A stretch of 63,722 nt of DNA, the filler included. It is 23 parts of 23 records of this genome, joined end to end, with 100 filler letters (N's around TTAATTAATTAA, not from the genome) between each part and the next. Parts side by side here need not be neighbours in the genome. Positions count along the whole stretch, not along the records: positions 57,583 to 61,094 come from SRR36015645_65040; positions 61,195 to 63,722 come from SRR36015645_65654; 21 more parts are not named here. One strand, written 5' to 3'. Below the pieces are notes generated by a model. That model was not told the DNA's origin. It was given only the letters and a program-made list of their open reading frames with translations, and made no database searches. This document shows, one piece after another, positions 57,695 through 63,722 of the stretch (positions are counted from its first letter, which is position 1; each line of letters starts with the position of its first letter). The translations under genes and the position numbers were made by a program.

Positions 57695-60600
57695 GTCTTC
57701 AAAGTTGAAGCAGCAACTGAAGGGCAAGTTTCCGCAGCTTTGCTTCCACACGCCCAGACAACGGAATAAGTCAGAGATGGTGTTTTGCGAGGAACTGTCA
57801 GCTGCCGCAGTGAAGGAATCCCTTGGTTCATCAGAAGAGTCAGGCTCCACTGATGATACAGACAACGACACTAGTTTTGAAATTCCGTCTATTGGTTTGT
57901 CGCTAAATACTGATAAATTGAAAACTATTTATTGTGCTGCACAAGCTGTACGTACTTCCATAAAAGAAAGCTCTCCACTAAGTGCCCCTTGGCCACCACT
58001 TGCTTCAGATCTATCTCTAGAGGCTTCACTCAGTATTGTACCCTTAGAATTGTATAACATGCTTGCCTGGCTAATGGGTTTTTCCAGTGTACCTGAAGGG
58101 GATTTGCGAGTTGTCTTATCTGAAGAACAGCAACATAAACTTTTATCTATTGCGCAGGACATTATTTACTGTTCTTCTGGTTTCAGGAAGGTAACACCAA
58201 AACATTTGTCTTTAGCTATGGCTGTTAGACATTGGACAGGTAGCTCAAAACTCATCAACGTTCTCAATGGCCTTGGCCATAGCGTTTCCCTCACAAGTAC
58301 TGTTGAGTATGACACAGCACTTGCTAAAGTACAGCTCATGCAAGGCGATGTAGTAATACCGAAGGCTATCAAGAAAAACGTACAATCAATTCTGGTGTGG
58401 GACAACATTGATTTTGGCGAGGAGACGTTAAGTGGTAAAGGTACAACACACAACACAAATGGAATAATTATACAACCACTTGTGGAGGGACCTGAACAAT
58501 CTTCTGAAGTGAGGGAGAGCTTGCCGAAACGGCAACGCTCACTACATTTAGTGCCGGAAACACTGGAACCACACTTTCTTGGAAGGAAACAAGGCCCACC
58601 ATTATTGCCACATGACAGCATACCTGATAAGCCAACAATTCTGGAAAACCAGTATTTTGCACGCAGTTTAGATCAGTTATATATCATGCTGAAGTCTGCT
58701 AGCGCAGATGAAAACATTACCTGTATTATCCCTGGCTGGACTGGGTTCAATGTTGAGATACAAACATCAAGTATATTACCCAAGTCAACACTAGAGTATC
58801 TACCTGCCATAGCAGCTTCACCAACACAGATGAGTACAGTTGCCGAGATCTTGAAACGTAGTGACCAGATGCGTAAAAAGTTAGACCTTGATTATATTGT
58901 CATTGTATTCGATCAAGCAATTTATGCGAAAGCTCAGGAACTTAGATGGAAGAATGAAGAATTCTCAAACAAAATAGTGATTCGGCTAGGTGAATTCCAC
59001 ACATCTCTTTCATTCCTCGCTATACTAGGCCAGCGTTTTGCTGATTCCGGGCTTGCTGATGTGCTCATCGAGTCGGAAGTGGTCGCACAGGGCTCAATCA
59101 ATGGCGTACTAAGTGGCAAGCATTATAATAGATCCATGCACGCGCATAAACTCATGTTTGAAGCCTTATCGCGAATGCGTTTCGCATGCTTCCGGAATAC
59201 CTTGCCAGAAGAGGAACTAGTTGAATACGATTTGCTAATGTCGCATGCTGTAATATTGTATCCACAAATAGATGCTATCAATGAGCTTTTATCAACTGAA
59301 TCAGATACTCGTCAGAAAATAACAGATGCATTTGATAAGTTTATTGCCGAAAAATGCAAATCGTCTCCAACATTTAAGTTCTGGAGTTCCTACATCGACA
59401 TGGTACAGCTACTTTTACTGTTTGTAAGAGCCACTCGTGAGTCTAACTGGCAACTACACTTAGCAGCCATAGGCCAAATGCTACCTTGGTATTTTGCATA
59501 TGACAGGGTAAACTACTGTAGATATTTATCCACCTACTACCTTGAGATGCTAAACTTGGAAACGACTCACCCGGACTGCTATAAAGAGCTCAGTCAGCGT
59601 GGGATGTGGACTGTACAAAGGCAAGGGGAATATGGTTTTTCGTCAATCGCTTGTGATCAAGCAATTGAGCAAACCTGCAACAGGGATAGTAAGTCAAAAG
59701 GAGGTTTAATTGGTATCACAAGAAGCCATTCTGCAACACAAAGGTGGACACTATCGCAGCATGAGCGGGCCAGTATTGTTCACCAGTGTGAACGTATGAG
59801 TGGTCGAGAGCCAGAAGCCAGAAAGAAAAAAGATCTAGATAAGGTGCAAATACTAAAACACGAGACTAATGTGAAGGCCATAATAGACACAGTGGAAGCC
59901 ATGACTGATCCGTTTAGTGATGAAAGTGAGGCAGTAGTGAACCTTGCCTCTGGAATTCAAGCTACGACGGAAATTATGGTTGATATGGATGAAGCATATT
60001 CTAAAGGAGAAGACAGCTTTCAGAAGTTTGTGAGTGAAAGACTTTTACGCTCGGTCGGAGAAGAATTGCCATCTGGCTCAAAGGATTGCATTACCATATT
60101 CACACCAATAAAGCGCTCAAAGTTACGCACATTTTCGTCGTTAAGTAAAGAAACAGCAAAGAAAAGTAGTCAAAATATTGCTCTCAGGAATGACAGGAAC
60201 TTCTTTGCCAAAATGGTTGTTCTGGGCACCAAGAAAAATATTGATCTACAGGAGCTTCTTACATATTCCCTTGGCCCATCAGCCTCCTCATTATCGACTG
60301 CAGACGGCACCCTTGCAAAGACAAATAAGGCTGCACTACTACATCACTTGGAGAAGCAAACCAATTGTACAGGTGACACTGTTCCTCAAGGAGCCACATG
60401 GGTGATTGATGGTATGGCCTTATTACACTCAATCACGTGTTTACCGAGCACATTTTCTGAACTGTCATATAGGATACTGAAAGAACTTGTTGGCCTTGCT
60501 CTGTCGTCGAATAGCACGCGCGTCGATTTTGTTACGGACCGTTACTCAAAGTCGAGTATCAAGAATGTGGAACACCAGCGACGTGGAATGAAAGGGGTAG

Positions 60601-61094
60601 AAATTATGAAAATTAAAAGGCCAGAACAGAAATTGCCAAAACAGTGGAAGAAGTTTTTAGCCAGTGGTGAAAACAAGGAGAATCTTGTCGAGTTCTTGGT
60701 GAATCATTGGAAGCAGTGTGATGGCAGCATATTACGCAATGTTGACGTGTATGTAACACATGGCGAGCAATGCCACAAGCTCGTTTGCGGGCCTGATTTT
60801 AAAGTGGAAATATCCTTGGTGGAACACTTAGTTTGCGATCATGAAGAAGGTGACACCCGGATTATGTTGCATGCATACGACTCATTGTCTGTTGACAACA
60901 GGGTAGTTGTTTACAGCCCAGATACAGATGTTTTTATCCTCTGTTTGGCCATGCAAGGTTTCGTTGGACCAGCTCCCTTGTATTTCCATACAGGTGTGGG
61001 CAGATTGAGGCGAACTGTCAACATTTATCAACTCGCACAATTCATTGGGCCTACTTTGTGCAAGTGTCTGATTGGCTATCATGTTTTTACCGGC
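57695..61094 (+). CDS. Academ (AcademX-type) transposase fused to an XPG/FEN1-like nuclease; internal exon, 3' truncated
   Basis: WDNIDF..T..G..T.H, PGWTGFN, FDQAIYAKA, RLGEFH, GKHYNR and DQAIEQT.NR. C-terminal PIN/XPG motifs IDGMA, VTDRY..SIK..E..RR, HEEGDTR and DTDV. Acceptor TTTCATTCCAG ends at 57694, with an in-frame stop upstream at 57666. Confidence 0.8.
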
Positions 61095-61195
61095 NNNNNN
61101 NNNNNNNNNNNNNNNNNNNNNNNNNNNNNNNNNNNNNNTTAATTAATTAANNNNNNNNNNNNNNNNNNNNNNNNNNNNNNNNNNNNNNNNNNNNA

Positions 61196-62818
61196 TTCGT
61201 GGACATAGGATCGTGCCTCCTGCATGTCATCCATAATGCCTTTGGAAAGGCCTTGGAAGAATATGGGAAGGACGTTGGGCAGTTGTGCCTAGACATCCAC
61301 GCTCTCTTCAGGTACAGCGCGGCTAGACGGGAAGATTACCAGAAGCTGCAGCTGGAGATGAGCATGGATTTGGTGATGTTTCACCAGCACACGGAGGTGC
61401 GCTGGCTGAGTATCGGTCCTGCGCTATCTAGAATTTTGCAGCAATGGGAGTGCATTTGCAAGTTTGTGGCAGATATGGGGAAGAACCCCAAAACGGCACC
61501 AAAGAGCATCAACTACCGACGGGTATCAGCACAACTTGCTACTGGCCAGAAGAAAGTGGTCAGAGTCCAACTTGAGTTTTTGAAGAATGTCATTCCCGTT
61601 TTCGAAGACTTCTTGAGAAAATTCCAAACAAGTTCTCCAACAGTTCATATTCTCTATGACAGCATGTGTGATGTTCTATTGAAGCTAATGCGCCGAATAA
61701 TGAAACCAGACGCGGTACAGAAAGTGTATGGCATAGAGTTGTCATCTGTAGATATGAAAGACCGCGCACTTCAGATGGAAAGCCACGAGCTGGTTATTGG
61801 TGATGCAACGAGGAAAGCTCTCGGAGATCTAAAACAAGAAGAGCGGAGAGTGCCAGTTAACATGATGAGAACATTTCTGACCACAGCCATCCAGTATCTT
61901 CAGACACGTCTCCCTCTTCGGAATGGGATTCTAAAAGATTTGGGATGTATCAACCCCCTAAAGTTAAGCAGAAAAAGCACAATTACTTCCATCCAGAACC
62001 TAGCTCGTACACTTCAACCAGATTTAGACGTTTCTGCAGTAGCTGATGAATGGAAACTGTTGCAAGCAGACTGTGACGTTTCAGAGATGAGCCAACCTAC
62101 TAATGTAGTAGACTATTGGAACAGAGTTTTTGTGCTCAAAGGACTAGACGGTTTGCTTCGTTACCAAGTCCTACAACGTGTTGTCAAAAGTGCTCTGGTT
62201 ATGGCCCAATCTAATGCTGATTCTGAACGAAGTCTATCTATCAACGCCAGGATGCTAACAAAGGATCGAACACGTTTGGATGAATCTACTGTAACAGGTT
62301 TGCGAATGGTAAAGGAAGGAGTCAGGTTCTTTGATCCAGAAAACTGCAAACCCGAGAACATTCACATCACTCGTAAACTGAAACAACGTGTACGATCTGC
62401 ACGATCAGCTTATCAGGCAAAACTCGACATAGACAAAATGGAAGAGGAGAAGCGAAATACTGCAAAGAAGCGAAAACTAGAAGAACTTGAGAGTGAGAAA
62501 AATCGGAAGAGAAAGTTAGCAGAAAACAAGAAGTCGCTTTTGGAATCAGAATTAAGTCTAACTAAAGAAGAGGAGCAAGTTGAAATAGAGCTAAAAGCAG
62601 CAGATGAATTGCTCAGTGATGCAACATCCAAGTTGCAAGATGCCATTTCAGGGTCGACTGTTGACAAACAATCTGTAACAGTAGCAACCATGATGCTAAA
62701 TGCCGCGAAACAAAAAAGAGAAGAGCAAATGAAGAAGCGCGACGATATAAAAACCAAGCGTAAGGCTCTGGATTGTAAAACTCAAAAATTGTTGGACAAA
62801 GCAATTCCACCCAAATAA
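61196..62818 (+). CDS. hAT-like transposase C-terminal half plus long coiled-coil tail, 5' truncated
   Basis: CLLHVIHNAF, ARREDY, VRWLS, FQ..P..H, YW..Y..L..VVK and the SNADSERSLS dimerisation/catalytic Glu motif. Confidence 0.75.
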   Translation, partial: FVDIGSCLLHVIHNAFGKALEEYGKDVGQLCLDIHALFRYSAARREDYQKLQLEMSMDLVMFHQHTEVRWLSIGPALSRILQQWECICKFVADMGKNPKTAPKSINYRRVSAQLATGQKKVVRVQLEFLKNVIPVFEDFLRKFQTSSPTVHILYDSMCDVLLKLMRRIMKPDAVQKVYGIELSSVDMKDRALQMESHELVIGDATRKALGDLKQEERRVPVNMMRTFLTTAIQYLQTRLPLRNGILKDLGCINPLKLSRKSTITSIQNLARTLQPDLDVSAVADEWKLLQADCDVSEMSQPTNVVDYWNRVFVLKGLDGLLRYQVLQRVVKSALVMAQSNADSERSLSINARMLTKDRTRLDESTVTGLRMVKEGVRFFDPENCKPENIHITRKLKQRVRSARSAYQAKLDIDKMEEEKRNTAKKRKLEELESEKNRKRKLAENKKSLLESELSLTKEEEQVEIELKAADELLSDATSKLQDAISGSTVDKQSVTVATMMLNAAKQKREEQMKKRDDIKTKRKALDCKTQKLLDKAIPPK

Positions 62819-62924
62819 GAAAACTAGGAGAATAGAATAGGGGCCATTTTCCAAACCGAATTTATTATTCTGCTCCTCACATTAGTATCTAACAATATTA
62901 TTCTCTTGGTAAATTTGTTCGTTT

Positions 62925-63272
62925 ATAAATTGATAGTTGTGCCAGTATGGTTTTCTTTGAAACACTATGTAGAATATATTGCTGGTTAATAAGTTGATGG
63001 TTAATATTTGCTGGTTGATAAGTTGATAGTTGTACCAGCATGATTTTCTTTTGATTGCTATTAAGAATACAAATAGCCTTAATGTTTGCAGGTTGTTAAG
63101 TTGATAGATGTACCAGTATGATTTTCTTTTAAACGCCTGTAGAATACAAATAGCCTTAATATTTGCTAATTGATAAATTGATAGTTAAAAGTTGCTGGTT
63201 AATAAGTTGATAGTTGTACCAGTATGATTTTCTTTTATACGCTTATGTAGAATCCAAACACTCTTAATATTT
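62925..63272. repeat. Degenerate tandem array of about 4 units (~80-105 bp) downstream of the hAT-like ORF
   Basis: Core TTGATAGTTGTACCAGTATGATTTTCTTT near 62930, 63023, 63101 and 63207, with GAATACAAATAGCCTTAATATTTGC linkers. Confidence 0.85.
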
Positions 63273-63722
63273 GTAATACACTATATATAGATGTTAAATA
63301 AAAATGTGAAAGCCAGAAGCAGGGGCGGACTGTTACATTACCAGAACCCATCTTAAGCAGGACCGTGATATTATTAATATTATTGATGTCAGGTTTGTTT
63401 GTATGAAGAGATATCTGCCCACCAATGTTACTAAATCGAGTTTGACAAAATACCATCCTTAAAAAGGAATGGGTGCCTTTTCCAAGTTTTTGCAGTGAAA
63501 CTGCGTTTTACAAAAATAATTTGGTGGGAAAGTTGAGTGTGCACAAAAGACAAGTAAAATAAGATATATGCTAAGCTATTGACTAGGCTATATATTGTAC
63601 CGGCACTGAATGCACTGTGTTCATCATTCTAAAATCACCCAGATCAGCCAGTTTAACCTGGTATCTACAGTCCGCTCCTGAGCAAAAAATAGAGTGGTGG
63701 AACGGGATGGCTATAAGGGGTG

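Noticed and set aside
3512-61194. TTAATTAATTAA as a biological repeat or piggyBac target site
   Set aside because: It is always centred in identical N-runs, so it is an artificial spacer. ORF ends reading XXX..LIN are artefacts.

Overview
This is not one locus. It is 23 short contigs (about 2.1-3.8 kb each) joined by 22 identical 100-nt spacers (N44-TTAATTAATTAA-N44), so adjacency between segments is artificial. The content is animal nuclear DNA, probably from an invertebrate; the IR-like receptor hints at a protostome. No prokaryotic operons, rRNA, tRNA or CRISPR arrays were seen. Most contigs are transposable elements: five BEL/Pao fragments, one Gypsy pol with integrase upstream of RT (Gmr1-type), Tx1-like ORF1 and ORF2, a CR1/L2-type ORF1, DNA transposases (Mutator-like/Kolobok, Sola2-like, THAP/P element, piggyBac, Academ with an XPG-like nuclease, hAT-like) and several MITEs. 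Host-like genes are an intronless 3.3-kb HERC2 segment, an intronless ionotropic-receptor-like gene, an Egalitarian/LIN-66-like winged-helix plus cold-shock protein, and two low-complexity orphans. The two strongest novelty leads are (1) a BEL/Pao gag-protease ORF that begins with a LINE-type hydrophobic leader ending in a 2A/StopGo motif (DIEANPG|P), and (2) a compact AT-rich contig with an SGNH hydrolase whose intergenic regions carry 7-8 copies of a 12-nt hairpin with compensatory stem changes. All family calls rest on motif recognition, not database searches.
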